Shown: in pieces, positions 18,228 through 27,077 of the stretch | How the letters are laid out: each line of letters begins with the position of its first letter | How positions within the stretch are numbered: position 1 is the first letter of the stretch | IMG/VR virus record: IMGVR_UViG_3300037424_000038 | Span: 1 to 40,697 of that record | Length of the DNA: 40,697 nucleotides | Reading direction: 5' to 3' (one strand) | Source: a virus | Lineage: Duplodnaviria; Caudoviricetes | Notes under the pieces: model-generated | Told to the model about the DNA's origin: nothing | The model's database searches: none | Seen by the model: the letters and a program-made list of their open reading frames with translations, nothing else | Position numbers and translations under genes: made by a program

Positions 18228-20470
18228 TGGCTTTCCCAGCTGTAAAACCTCTTTATATCTATACTGATATAGATGGCAATCCTCTTGATGATGGCTATCT
18301 CTATTTCGGCACTGCTAACGCTGATCCGCAAGCTAGTCCAATTACTGTTTATTGGGACTCAGCCGCTACTCAAGTAGCAACTCAGCCTATCAGGACTATC
18401 GGCGGATATCCGATCAATGCTGGTGTTAGGTCTATTATCTACTCGCCTACGGATTATTCGATCAACGTAAGGAACAAGAACGGAACTCTTGTTTATACGT
18501 CAGCAAGCGAGAATAACGATAGCCCCTTTGTTTGGGATGGGAGTCCTACTTCAGATGTTCTGAAAGAAGCCAAGCCCCTAGCCAACTACACAGTCCTACG
18601 CGCATATACGGGGAGTGCGACAGGCTTCCGCCTCACAAACAGCGGCATTGCAGGAATCTTCCAATACGACAGCAGCGACACCACGAGCGGTTGCGTGTTC
18701 ACTGGCGAAATGTCTGGCACTACGACGCTGACTGCAACGGCTATCACCAACGGCTCTCTATCTGTGGGCCAAGCGGTCAATCACCCAGATACCGGCGCGA
18801 ACATCGGCTACATCACCGCGCTTGGCACCGGAGTGGGTGGCATTGGCACCTACACCATGTCCGCCACTGCCACGTTCACCAGCAAGACTCTGCACGCTGA
18901 TAACGGCGGCACGTACATCCTTGATGGCTCGGGACGGAGAATCAAGCGCCTTGTCGTCAATGGCGACATTGAGACTCCATGGTTTGGCCTTAGCGCATCG
19001 GCTGCTGACAACTACTACAGCATCATGGGGGCTGTCCGGTATGCATACTCGCTCGGCGGAAGAAAGGTAACTTTCCAAACGGGAGTTTTCAAGACCTCTC
19101 CCATTTCGTTCCAAGGATTCACAGGCATATGGCTGGAAGGTGCTGGCGGCTCCGTCCCAAGCATTTCGCGCACGACGCTGCAAATCATTTCCGCTGGTAT
19201 CGGCCTGCAGTTCGCGGACACGTCTAATCCGACTCCATCGTGGTACTGCTCTTACTCCAAGGTCAAGGGAATTTACGTCAATTGCAACAGCGTCGGAACC
19301 ATCGGTATCAACGGGGCATTCGGTTTCGACCTAGAGGACGTGAACGTCAGAAACGCTACGTCGCATGGCGTGCAGCTTGAAAGCTATACGTATCCTTGCT
19401 ACATCCACCAACTCAAGAGTTCGTTCAATGGTGGCCATGGAATCTACATTCGTGGTCCGGTGACTACGAAGTGGTCCATGTCTGAAAGCGAGTTCTCAGG
19501 AAACGAACTTTACGGCATGTGCATCGAGGGGGCGGCCAACAGCTCTGTGCGTGACGTGACCTGCCAAGCAAACGTCACTGGTGGTGTGAAGGTATACTTC
19601 CCGAGCGTCGGAGCCTACCTGTCCAGCCTGATGTTCGACACCTTCTACACCGAGGGCAACGGTCTTATCGGCAGCGGGAACCCTGGCTATGAAGGCGACT
19701 ACGCGGTCGTGATTGACTCTTACGACACATCTTCCTCTGTGCCGAATTGCGCAGCGGATATCACTTTCAAGAACTGCCGCCTCAACAAATCCACCTCAGG
19801 TAACGCGCTTAACATAAACCGCGTCTACGGGTTTACGTTTGAAGGCACTGACCTCGAAAACTACACCATCGGCACGACTGTTGTGCTGGGCCAGTACGCC
19901 TATGCAGGCGTCTATAACGGTCGTCACTTCAACATCACAGGTGATTCGTCTGCAAGCACTACGGATCACCTGCTTAACATCAAGCGCAATGTCAGTTTCC
20001 CGAAAGGGAACTTGGTCAATGGCTTGTGGCTTGCACAGCGCGGCAGGACTGTTGTCTACACGTACACTCTGGCATCCATCGCGGCAGCCACAACGGTATT
20101 GATGGACACTGATATTTCGCTTCGCTTTGCCTCGCTAGCCAAGGGCTACAAGATGTACGGCGCAGGATCAGTTCTTGGGATGTGCATCCACCAGGGAAAT
20201 CTCGGTGGCGCCCCTGCTGGTACGTTGACTATTCGTCCGTTGAACGCCGCCGCTAGCGCTGGGTTCGCGACTGCCCCAGCGAATGCATTGAGTGGCGCGC
20301 CGTCACTGACTTTGACCTGTAATTCCGAGGTAAACAAAAAGGTCGAATTCACTGTCGGAGCATCTTCATTCGCTGAAATGTCTGTGATGGGCATTGAGAT
20401 CACTTCGTCTGCTGGCTATGTTGCGCCAACACGACCGGAAATTGTCGTTGAACTGTTTATCGAAGTCTAA
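18227..20470 (+). CDS. Tailspike 2, right-handed beta-helix (pectate-lyase-like) receptor-binding protein
   Basis: Paralogous head-binding N-terminus; DNGGTYIL, WFG...DN motif; Asn/Gly/Ile beta-helix repeats. Confidence 0.85.
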   Translation: MAFPAVKPLYIYTDIDGNPLDDGYLYFGTANADPQASPITVYWDSAATQVATQPIRTIGGYPINAGVRSIIYSPTDYSINVRNKNGTLVYTSASENNDSPFVWDGSPTSDVLKEAKPLANYTVLRAYTGSATGFRLTNSGIAGIFQYDSSDTTSGCVFTGEMSGTTTLTATAITNGSLSVGQAVNHPDTGANIGYITALGTGVGGIGTYTMSATATFTSKTLHADNGGTYILDGSGRRIKRLVVNGDIETPWFGLSASAADNYYSIMGAVRYAYSLGGRKVTFQTGVFKTSPISFQGFTGIWLEGAGGSVPSISRTTLQIISAGIGLQFADTSNPTPSWYCSYSKVKGIYVNCNSVGTIGINGAFGFDLEDVNVRNATSHGVQLESYTYPCYIHQLKSSFNGGHGIYIRGPVTTKWSMSESEFSGNELYGMCIEGAANSSVRDVTCQANVTGGVKVYFPSVGAYLSSLMFDTFYTEGNGLIGSGNPGYEGDYAVVIDSYDTSSSVPNCAADITFKNCRLNKSTSGNALNINRVYGFTFEGTDLENYTIGTTVVLGQYAYAGVYNGRHFNITGDSSASTTDHLLNIKRNVSFPKGNLVNGLWLAQRGRTVVYTYTLASIAAATTVLMDTDISLRFASLAKGYKMYGAGSVLGMCIHQGNLGGAPAGTLTIRPLNAAASAGFATAPANALSGAPSLTLTCNSEVNKKVEFTVGASSFAEMSVMGIEITSSAGYVAPTRPEIVVELFIEV

Positions 20471-20495
20471 TGCACTCCCTAGAAGCATTCATAGC

Positions 20496-20753
20496 ATGAT
20501 CAATAAAAAGCACCTCACAGAAGCCTTCATTGCATCCCTAGGCATTCTGCTTTTTAATATCGCTGCGGTGCCGTTTTTGTACATGTTTGTCGGGGCTAAG
20601 GTAACCCACGCACAAAGCGGGATGGTGTCTCTTATCTTGCTTGCATTGAGAGTGGTTTGGCTTTACAAGCTAAGAGGTATTTTCGATATCATCTGGAATA
20701 AGCTATGTTTATTGCTTGCTTCATTGGCGACCATTCTAAAGATTCGCCGCTAG
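20496..20753 (+). CDS. Small membrane protein
   Basis: Two hydrophobic segments from ATG 20496. Confidence 0.55.
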   Translation: MINKKHLTEAFIASLGILLFNIAAVPFLYMFVGAKVTHAQSGMVSLILLALRVVWLYKLRGIFDIIWNKLCLLLASLATILKIRR

Positions 20754-21214
20754 TCCGCCTAGGCTGGTGGGTTACTCGCCTCGTACAAAAGGGCGAGTAT
20801 TGGCGTGTCACCCATGTAGAAGCAATCCTTAAAGAGCATCCAGACGGCAGCGTAGACATTGGTAGCGCTAGTCTTCGGGAAGGAAGCCTAAAGACCGGAT
20901 CTAAAAATGGAGTTCGCACAAAGGAAAGAGTAAGGCTGAACCCTGAGCATTGGATCATCTTTCATGTGCCATGGAATAAGGAAACTTCTAGGCGCTGGTT
21001 CAAAGAACATGATGGCGAGCTTTATGCTGAATGTGGAGCATTTGCAACACCTTTCCCAATCCAATGTAGTCAACCTCATAGATGGTTCTGCAATCAGGCT
21101 GTAGGCGCTCCGTTCCTGAAAGATTCGCACATCTTTGGCCCTTCTCAATTTGCGGCCATCTTGGATACAATTGGCTACGATGTAACAGATTCTTTTTTTG
21201 AGAGGCGACAATGA
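20705..21214 (+). CDS. Permuted papain-like (NlpC/P60-type) protein
   Basis: His in THVEA precedes Cys in WFCNQ, with P.QF motif. Confidence 0.6.
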   Translation: MFIACFIGDHSKDSPLVRLGWWVTRLVQKGEYWRVTHVEAILKEHPDGSVDIGSASLREGSLKTGSKNGVRTKERVRLNPEHWIIFHVPWNKETSRRWFKEHDGELYAECGAFATPFPIQCSQPHRWFCNQAVGAPFLKDSHIFGPSQFAAILDTIGYDVTDSFFERRQ

Positions 21215-21609
21215 ATCTAAAACACAAAATCATGATCATTCTCGCTTCCATTACAGCGTCTAAACATGCAGTTGCTGCGCCTTTAACTACTGGTTTTTTT
21301 GGTTGGTTGGTTGCTCCAAATCTAGGATTTGATCCTGCTACATGGATCGTCGGTGCAATTGGAGGGATTGTCATCCGCGTGAAACTCCCGCCAACTACCC
21401 GAGCAGACTCTATTGTAAATGGCGTAATAAGCGTTATGCTTGCAGGACTAGCCTCTCCATGGCTTGTTAAAGGTTTTCAATCAGTCACCAGCTTTCCATC
21501 CCCTAGTATTTACCTAGTTGCTTTCGGTCTTGCCGTTGCATGGCCGTGGGTCGTAAAAGTAGCGTGGGAATCAGGAAAGAAGCGAATTAAGAAGTGGGGT
21601 GATTCATGA
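21211..21609 (+). CDS. Holin-like membrane protein
   Basis: 3-4 hydrophobic segments, basic C-tail, upstream of endolysin. Confidence 0.7.
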   Translation: MNLKHKIMIILASITASKHAVAAPLTTGFFGWLVAPNLGFDPATWIVGAIGGIVIRVKLPPTTRADSIVNGVISVMLAGLASPWLVKGFQSVTSFPSPSIYLVAFGLAVAWPWVVKVAWESGKKRIKKWGDS

Positions 21610-21929
21610 GCGGTATCGTTATGGGATGGGATGCTATCCTACCTGTTATTTTAGAGCTAAGGCTATTGGCTTTCATCGTCGGATTCGCGCTCATTGTGCA
21701 TTCTTACTGCATGGCTGGTTTCATGCATCAAAAAAGTACATGGACGGCTACAGCGCTTGTAGCGGCTAATGCAGGTGCATCTATGTTTTTGATTCTTGGC
21801 GCGATCATAGGAAGCCCATCATTCCTACTGGTGGCAAGCCTTGCAACATGTGCATCTTTGACTACAATGGCCCTATGGCTCTGGTATCACGGGATGCACG
21901 TCAGCGAGTTTCTTTTGCAACATGATTAA
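21606..21929 (+). CDS. Holin/antiholin-like membrane protein
   Basis: Three hydrophobic segments; overlaps endolysin start. Confidence 0.65.
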   Translation: MSGIVMGWDAILPVILELRLLAFIVGFALIVHSYCMAGFMHQKSTWTATALVAANAGASMFLILGAIIGSPSFLLVASLATCASLTTMALWLWYHGMHVSEFLLQHD

Positions 21930-22308
21930 TTGGTCTGATTACGAACCCTACTTCCGTGAATCGGAATTCCGCTGTAAGCACTCTGGCAAGTGCGAGATGG
22001 ATAAAGAATTCATGGACAAGCTGCTGGCCCTTAGACTAGCCTTTGCAGAGCCAATGACAATCACTAGCGGGTACAGAGACAAAACACACCCCATAGAGGC
22101 CAAGAAGGCCACCACAGGCGCTCACACGACAGGCAAGGCGTGCGACATAGCAGTCCAAGGCAAAGACGCCTACAGGCTGCTTAAACTCGCTCTCGCACAA
22201 GGATTTACAGGCATCGGCATCCAGCAGAAAGGATCGGGACGATTTATTCACCTTGATACCTGCGCTGATTCTCCTTCAATGCCCAGACCTGCTGTATGGT
22301 CATATTGA
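21922..22308 (+). CDS. Endolysin, peptidase M15 family
   Basis: EFRCK, ITSGYR, H..GKACDI, FIHLD zinc-peptidase motifs. Confidence 0.9.
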   Translation: MINWSDYEPYFRESEFRCKHSGKCEMDKEFMDKLLALRLAFAEPMTITSGYRDKTHPIEAKKATTGAHTTGKACDIAVQGKDAYRLLKLALAQGFTGIGIQQKGSGRFIHLDTCADSPSMPRPAVWSY

Positions 22309-22384
22309 TGGTGCCCCGCCCAGGATTCGAACCTGGACAAGCGGTTTCTAAGACCGCCGTGACTGCCGATTACACCAGCGGGGC
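22309..22384 (-). tRNA. tRNA-Leu(TAG), short variable loop
   Basis: Acceptor gccccgc/gcggggc, A73-CCA, anticodon arm gcggt-ctTAGaa-accgc, T-loop GTTCGAATC. Confidence 0.88.
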
Positions 22385-22387
22385 ATT

Positions 22388-22462
22388 TGGCAGGGATGCA
22401 AGGAATCGAACCTTGTTACCTAGGGTCAAAGCCAAGTATCTGCTCCAATCGATTTCATCCCG
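22388..22462 (-). tRNA. tRNA-Gln(TTG), somewhat degenerate
   Basis: Loop ctTTGac, G73-CCA, GTTCGATTC; C1:U72 mismatch, A at position 8, U:U in anticodon stem. Confidence 0.72.
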
Positions 22463-22468
22463 ACAATT

Positions 22469-22545
22469 TGGTGGGCTGTTCAGGATTCGAACCTGAAATG
22501 AACATCTTTTGAGGATGCCGTGTTTACCGATTACACCAACAGCCC
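22469..22545 (-). tRNA. tRNA-Leu(CAA), short variable loop
   Basis: Acceptor gggctgt/acagccc, A73-CCA, gcatc-ctCAAaa-gatgt, GTTCGAATC. Confidence 0.88.
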
Positions 22546-22574
22546 GTTAAATCAACGGAGTCGCTGTCGTAAAT

Positions 22575-22652
22575 TGGTCTGTGCGGCTGGATTCGAACCA
22601 GCGACCCCTTGCTTCCAAGGCAAGAACTCTGACCAGGCTGAGCTACGCACAG
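22575..22652 (-). tRNA. tRNA-Pro(TGG)
   Basis: C1-G72, A73-CCA, TAGCTCAGCCTGGTCAGAG D-arm, cttgc-ctTGGaa-gcaag. Confidence 0.93.
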
Positions 22653-22698
22653 AGGTCTTGGGTCGTGGTTGAGTAATGGTTTTTCCCATGATGCTTGT

Positions 22699-22743
22699 AT
22701 TTTAACACCATTCATTTAAAATTGCAAATAGGTACAAACCCTA
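22699..22743 (-). promoter_or_regulatory. tRNA-operon promoter with element TAGGGTTTGTACCTA
   Basis: Element 22729-22743, TTGCAA-17bp-TAAAAT. Confidence 0.72.
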
Positions 22744-22888
22744 TGACTCTAAAACGCTACTCTAGAAAACGCCTACGCCATCAACTACAACGAGAGCTTT
22801 GGAAGTGGCGAGCCGAAGAAAGCAAAGTAGCAGAGCGATACGATAGCAGGCCGATCTTTCCAGAGCCTGAAACACCAGGATACAAGCC

Positions 22889-23338
22889 TTGATCTACACA
22901 CATGCCGCTGCTGGCCTTGTAGGCGCTGCAATAGCCTTTGCTGGGGCTTGGCAAGTGCAATCATGGAGGTATGGTGAGCAGATCAACGAAATCAAAGCAG
23001 AGTACGCCATGGCCTCACAAAAGGCAGAGAGCGAAGCACGAGAGAAAGAACAGAGACAAGCAACACAACTAGCAGAGGCACAGAATGCAGCGAAAAAGCG
23101 TGAAACTCAACTACGGATTGATGCTGCTGATTCTCGCCATCAGCTTGACCGGCTGCGCCTCGAACTCTCCGAAGGTATCAGTAGAATGCCCACAGAGTCC
23201 TGCGATGCCTCCCGTAAGCGAAGTGAAGTTACCTCCGAGCTATTCGGACAGTGCGCGACAGAATATAGAGGCCTGGCTGAAACGCTTGACCGAATTGAAT
23301 CAGAACGACAAACATTGATTCATGCATGGCCTAGGTAA
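22889..23338 (+). CDS. Rz: Inner-membrane spanin (Rz-like)
   Basis: N-terminal TM then WQVQSWRY and coiled coil; contains nested lipoprotein ORF. Confidence 0.82.
   Translation: MIYTHAAAGLVGAAIAFAGAWQVQSWRYGEQINEIKAEYAMASQKAESEAREKEQRQATQLAEAQNAAKKRETQLRIDAADSRHQLDRLRLELSEGISRMPTESCDASRKRSEVTSELFGQCATEYRGLAETLDRIESERQTLIHAWPR
23121..23318 (+). CDS. Rz1: Outer-membrane spanin lipoprotein (Rz1-like), embedded in +1 frame
   Basis: MLLILAISLTGC lipobox, Pro-rich mature part. Confidence 0.82.
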   Translation: MLLILAISLTGCASNSPKVSVECPQSPAMPPVSEVKLPPSYSDSARQNIEAWLKRLTELNQNDKH

Positions 23339-23693
23339 TCTCATCTTCATCAGGCCGCAATGGCTCGATGCTTGTCTCAATGTGATTTTCTTCCCACTTG
23401 TCAGTAACTTTCTTGACGACGATCACCCAAACTGGTGAGTGCCATTCTTTTTCCTTGAAGATACGGCCTGCCCTATTGCTGATGGTTTCATCGTGACGGC
23501 CACCGAACCCACATGCACATGCTAGCTGGTCTGCTGACTTGCCGACCTCTTTAATAAACCTGTTAGAGTCTCTTTTGCTGAAAAAGAAGAACCTAGGCGA
23601 GTGCCAGAAAATCAGCTTAAACAATCCCCATACTATCAGCAGGAAGAATGTAAAAAAGCAAATGACTGCTGGTACTCGGCGATGGAAGATCAT
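23331..23693 (-). CDS. Hypothetical membrane protein (DETISNRAG motif)
   Basis: N-terminal TM; last gene of leftward arm. Confidence 0.7.
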   Translation of the reverse strand: MIFHRRVPAVICFFTFFLLIVWGLFKLIFWHSPRFFFFSKRDSNRFIKEVGKSADQLACACGFGGRHDETISNRAGRIFKEKEWHSPVWVIVVKKVTDKWEENHIETSIEPLRPDEDEIT

Positions 23694-23878
23694 GTTTCAA
23701 GCCAAAATGCTGCAAAGCTATCTTTGCCGATTGGTTGAAGATTGCATAATGTGCCTTTCCCGCATTTTTCACATTCCATTAAAATATCGCCGTCAAAAAA
23801 CTCATTTTTACCCCATTTCCAAAAATGGCGATGGCCACAATGTTTGCATTCCCAAGCAACAGATTGATATTTCATCAC
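23690..23878 (-). CDS. Small zinc-ribbon protein
   Basis: CKHC...CEKC; coupled overlaps. Confidence 0.7.
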   Translation of the reverse strand: MMKYQSVAWECKHCGHRHFWKWGKNEFFDGDILMECEKCGKGTLCNLQPIGKDSFAAFWLET

Positions 23879-24114
23879 TTCATCAATTCAGCCTTACGGC
23901 AAGCCATATAACTACCTTTCCGACTATCAGTAAACCAGCTAGGGCAAAGACTCTTTAATTCCTTGCGTACCTCATTCCTAGCTGATTCAACTGATTCCTT
24001 TCTGCCTTCCATCTTACCGGAGTAGTACGAGACTTCATGGTTAACCATCATCCCTATACTAAATCCGACAAGAATGGACAGGCTGATTATTCCAGCGAGG
24101 TCTGCTTTCCTCAT
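23875..24114 (-). CDS. Small membrane-anchored hypothetical protein
   Basis: ATG 24114 overlapping upstream stop; TM at N-terminus. Confidence 0.7.
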   Translation of the reverse strand: MRKADLAGIISLSILVGFSIGMMVNHEVSYYSGKMEGRKESVESARNEVRKELKSLCPSWFTDSRKGSYMACRKAELMK

Positions 24115-25004
24115 TTCTGCTGTCCTGGCTCCATGGGTGGTGTTGATGGGGCTGGCGGGAGTGGCATCCAGTGGGTGGCATTTTGCGTGAACCCAGGCTC
24201 CCATTCCCCTTTGCTTTGCCAGTGCCCGTGAATGGTGTTGTAGCTTACAAGCTGTTTCACAAATCCCTGTCTCGCATATGCCGCGACAAACTCAGTCCCA
24301 TCCTTCGGCGCTGTCTCAATCGGTTGCCACTGCGTCTCCACCTGTGTAGGTGCTGCCTGGGATGCTGATAGCGCCGCACGTAAGATGCGCGGAGCCCACC
24401 AATCCGGGTCGCCTATCTCTGTGCCAGCTGGCATTTCCCTGCGCAGCCATTCCACAAACGACGGCGGCACCTTGCAGGCGTCTGCCTGTAGGACGGCAAA
24501 GAACGGCTCCACATCAAGCCAGTCCTGGCCATTCATTGCAAGTGAGCAGAAAAACCGAAGCCGTTCAAGAGGGCCGGTCTCCAGTTCGCCTTCCATCAGA
24601 TGGTCGTAGCATTGCTTCGCTGTTTGTCCGTCTGCCTGTAGGGGCGGGGAGGTGTGATACGGGTTTTGTCTGGCGGGCTCGACCTTCGCACCAAACCCAG
24701 CAATGCCGATGTTTGCTTCGCTAGTGCGCTCGTCCTCAACTCCAGCGCGATACCCCTCGGCCCACGCCACAGCCTCACCTCCCTGCCGCATCTTCTCGCA
24801 CTCAGCACGCCAGTGGTCTGCGCTGGCCTTGTCGGTGTCTGCGATGGTGCGGAGGTGGTCGTTCTCTGCGTGCAGGCGACGGAGTTCGGCGGCTGTCGCT
24901 GCGTGCTTCTCACGCTTTACCTGATTGCGCTTTGGCTCGTCTGCCATTGCTTTATGCCAGTCTGCCAACCGAAGCGCTTCCGGCTTCGCTGTATCAATGC
25001 TCAT
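24111..25004 (-). CDS. Mosaic protein with C-terminal DUF551-like domain
   Basis: WQPIETAPKDGT...THWMPLPPAP; GGGGAAG RBS before ATG 25004. Confidence 0.8.
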   Translation of the reverse strand: MSIDTAKPEALRLADWHKAMADEPKRNQVKREKHAATAAELRRLHAENDHLRTIADTDKASADHWRAECEKMRQGGEAVAWAEGYRAGVEDERTSEANIGIAGFGAKVEPARQNPYHTSPPLQADGQTAKQCYDHLMEGELETGPLERLRFFCSLAMNGQDWLDVEPFFAVLQADACKVPPSFVEWLRREMPAGTEIGDPDWWAPRILRAALSASQAAPTQVETQWQPIETAPKDGTEFVAAYARQGFVKQLVSYNTIHGHWQSKGEWEPGFTQNATHWMPLPPAPSTPPMEPGQQK

Positions 25005-25405
25005 GCTTCCCCCTTTTGTTTGTTGATGGCGGCAAGCGTATTGCTGACCCACTGTTCATCCGTGATGCCAGAATTGCCGCAAAAACAGGTAGATCCGTTT
25101 ACGTGGTAAGGCGAGCCCCTTAACACCATCTTCTCAGACTTCCTTGGCCGATACTTGCTCTTCGTGGTGAATGACACGTTTCCACTTTTGGCACGGTCAT
25201 TTAAAATACGCATAGCGCAGTCACCATTTCGTGTGTCTGCCATGCAAACATATCCGCCATTGGAATTTAGAACCCAAGTGTCTGCGTCAAAAATAACTAG
25301 GCGCTTGAACTTACGTTGGCCTTTCATAATTCGTTGCGGGATGATCCTCCCTGCGGGGAAGAATTCTGCGCTCTCTTTCAGCCGTGCTAGAGTTTCATCG
25401 CTCAT
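25001..25405 (-). CDS. Hypothetical protein
   Basis: ATGA-coupled in leftward operon. Confidence 0.7.
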   Translation of the reverse strand: MSDETLARLKESAEFFPAGRIIPQRIMKGQRKFKRLVIFDADTWVLNSNGGYVCMADTRNGDCAMRILNDRAKSGNVSFTTKSKYRPRKSEKMVLRGSPYHVNGSTCFCGNSGITDEQWVSNTLAAINKQKGEA

Positions 25406-25905
25406 TCTTCCCCCTTGTGTGCCTTGATGGCGGCGCGGAGTTGTTGGCACAGTGGATAGGTTACGCCGCAGTAGTTCTCAAGCTCAATTGCAGCCTCCTC
25501 CAGCAGTGCGGTGTCGGTGGGCGGGCGGGTGTAGAGCGGTTCATATGCGTCACCAAGCGCTTCCCACGCTCTGATCGTTGGGATGCTCTCTGTGTACTGT
25601 CCGTCTGAATTCCTGCGCCACCCACGAACAGTCGCTACCGGCTCCGCCACCTCAGCAGCATTCTGCTGCGCCAGCTTGGCGAGGACAGCAGATTCGATGG
25701 CGCGGGCATGCCTTAAATCCCACCAAGCCCCGCACATACCTCCGTTGTGTCCGTCAGCTAGAAGCTGTTTGTAAGCAGCTGACTGCGCCGCCTCTATGTC
25801 TTCGGTCGTCAGCACAGTCTCAGGCTTGTTCATTGGTTGGTCCTTGCAAGCTATGTCAGGATGCTCAGACCAAAGCGTACGACATATGGGGCAGAAGTGA
25901 CTCAT
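25402..25905 (-). CDS. Hypothetical (Eaa/Ead-like mosaic) protein
   Basis: EPVA...PLYTRP motif; ATGA coupling. Confidence 0.7.
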   Translation of the reverse strand: MSHFCPICRTLWSEHPDIACKDQPMNKPETVLTTEDIEAAQSAAYKQLLADGHNGGMCGAWWDLRHARAIESAVLAKLAQQNAAEVAEPVATVRGWRRNSDGQYTESIPTIRAWEALGDAYEPLYTRPPTDTALLEEAAIELENYCGVTYPLCQQLRAAIKAHKGEE

Positions 25906-26696
25906 TTGCTGGCTCCTTTCATGGCTGCGTCGATGGCGGCGTTCCACCCTTCCGCATAGCCTTCCGCATAGGAGGCATTACTTGGGTACTCTCCTTGGGG
26001 CCACTCTGGAACGGGCATCTTCTTCCGTTGCTCCGCATCCTTCTCCAACTGCTCCACCCGCGACTCGGCTTGCTCCATCCTTTTGGTTGCGTGAGCAAGG
26101 TTGTCGAAAAGCTGCTGCAGGGACAACACATGAGCGGCTTGCTCTTTCTCCAGCTTCGCCTGCATGGAGGCGATGGCTTCGCGGACTTCATCGCCGGAGT
26201 CGGCACGGTGTTTCATGTATCCAGCAAGAAACGCGGAGCGATAGCCTTGCGCTTCTGCCATCATGCGTCCGTTGTAGTCGTATCCGTCTCCAACACAGGC
26301 CTCCCAGTAGGCCCTCATCGCGGAATCAGCGACGGCCTTTGCAGGGTCGTCTGTTGGGCACTCTTTACGCCCGCACCACTTGCTGCACGGCGCAGTGTTG
26401 TACTTGGCTTCTTTGTCGCACCCGAATGCATGCGATGCTGTCGGTATCTTCCCAGACCGCTGCACCAGATCGTCGATGACTTGCTGGCGGGTGTAGTCAC
26501 TCCACGGCGCGTCTCCAATCAAGTCAGCAATTTCTTTTGCGGCCCAGAACACCGGCTCATATTCGCGCACTTCGTCATCTGTCATGTCTTCAGGCAAATC
26601 CGGATCGGTGTCACCAATATGAGCCGAAAGAGCGTCGTGAATATTAACCAATCGGAGTTTCAAAATCTGCGCCACAGCCTTGTCAGTTTCACTCAT
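25902..26696 (-). CDS. Hypothetical mosaic protein
   Basis: AGGAGTG RBS; GWNAAIDAAMK end. Confidence 0.75.
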   Translation of the reverse strand: MSETDKAVAQILKLRLVNIHDALSAHIGDTDPDLPEDMTDDEVREYEPVFWAAKEIADLIGDAPWSDYTRQQVIDDLVQRSGKIPTASHAFGCDKEAKYNTAPCSKWCGRKECPTDDPAKAVADSAMRAYWEACVGDGYDYNGRMMAEAQGYRSAFLAGYMKHRADSGDEVREAIASMQAKLEKEQAAHVLSLQQLFDNLAHATKRMEQAESRVEQLEKDAEQRKKMPVPEWPQGEYPSNASYAEGYAEGWNAAIDAAMKGASK

Positions 26697-26716
26697 GATT
26701 CACTCCTAAAATCCTA

Positions 26717-26759
26717 AGTATCGCTATAAATACTAGACTGTATATAGGTACTTACCCTA
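26717..26759 (-). promoter_or_regulatory. Promoter with element TAGGGTAAGTACCTA (TAG = stop of upstream gene)
   Basis: Element 26745-26759, 22 bp, GATACT. Confidence 0.65.
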
Positions 26760-27077
26760 CCAAGGCACGTCATCATTCATGTCGTCAAATCCGCTCCCTT
26801 GCTTCGGAGGAAGTTGACGCGCCTTTGCTGCATCATGGCTAGGCCGCTTCGATTGCTGCGCTTTCTTCAACACAGCTTCATTGAACTTTTCACCGCCGTA
26901 GACGTGCTTCCACCACTTTCCGGTAGATGCGTTCTTAGTGGCCGGATAGCTGACAAATGGGCCTTTGCTGCCTTCAATTATGCGGCAACCTTTGATGCTG
27001 AGAAAAGGATCAGACCCAGGTGCGCCGTGCAGGTTGGCGTTGAATTGATTGTCGTGCCAGTCGATTGTGATTTCCAT
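26757..27077 (-). CDS. SpoVG-like nucleic-acid-binding protein with SSB-type acidic tail
   Basis: IKGCRIIEGSKGPFVSYPA; tail GFDDMNDDVPW; coupled to ERF. Confidence 0.75.
   Translation of the reverse strand: MEITIDWHDNQFNANLHGAPGSDPFLSIKGCRIIEGSKGPFVSYPATKNASTGKWWKHVYGGEKFNEAVLKKAQQSKRPSHDAAKARQLPPKQGSGFDDMNDDVPW

Noticed and set aside
22309-22652. tRNA 3' ends as attP/prophage boundary
   Set aside because: No integrase, no duplicated tRNA fragment and no host genes in the window
22695-22892. 65-aa ORF before the spanin
   Set aside because: Overlaps the tRNA promoter and element, lacks an SD; at most a short ORF from 22743, not supportable
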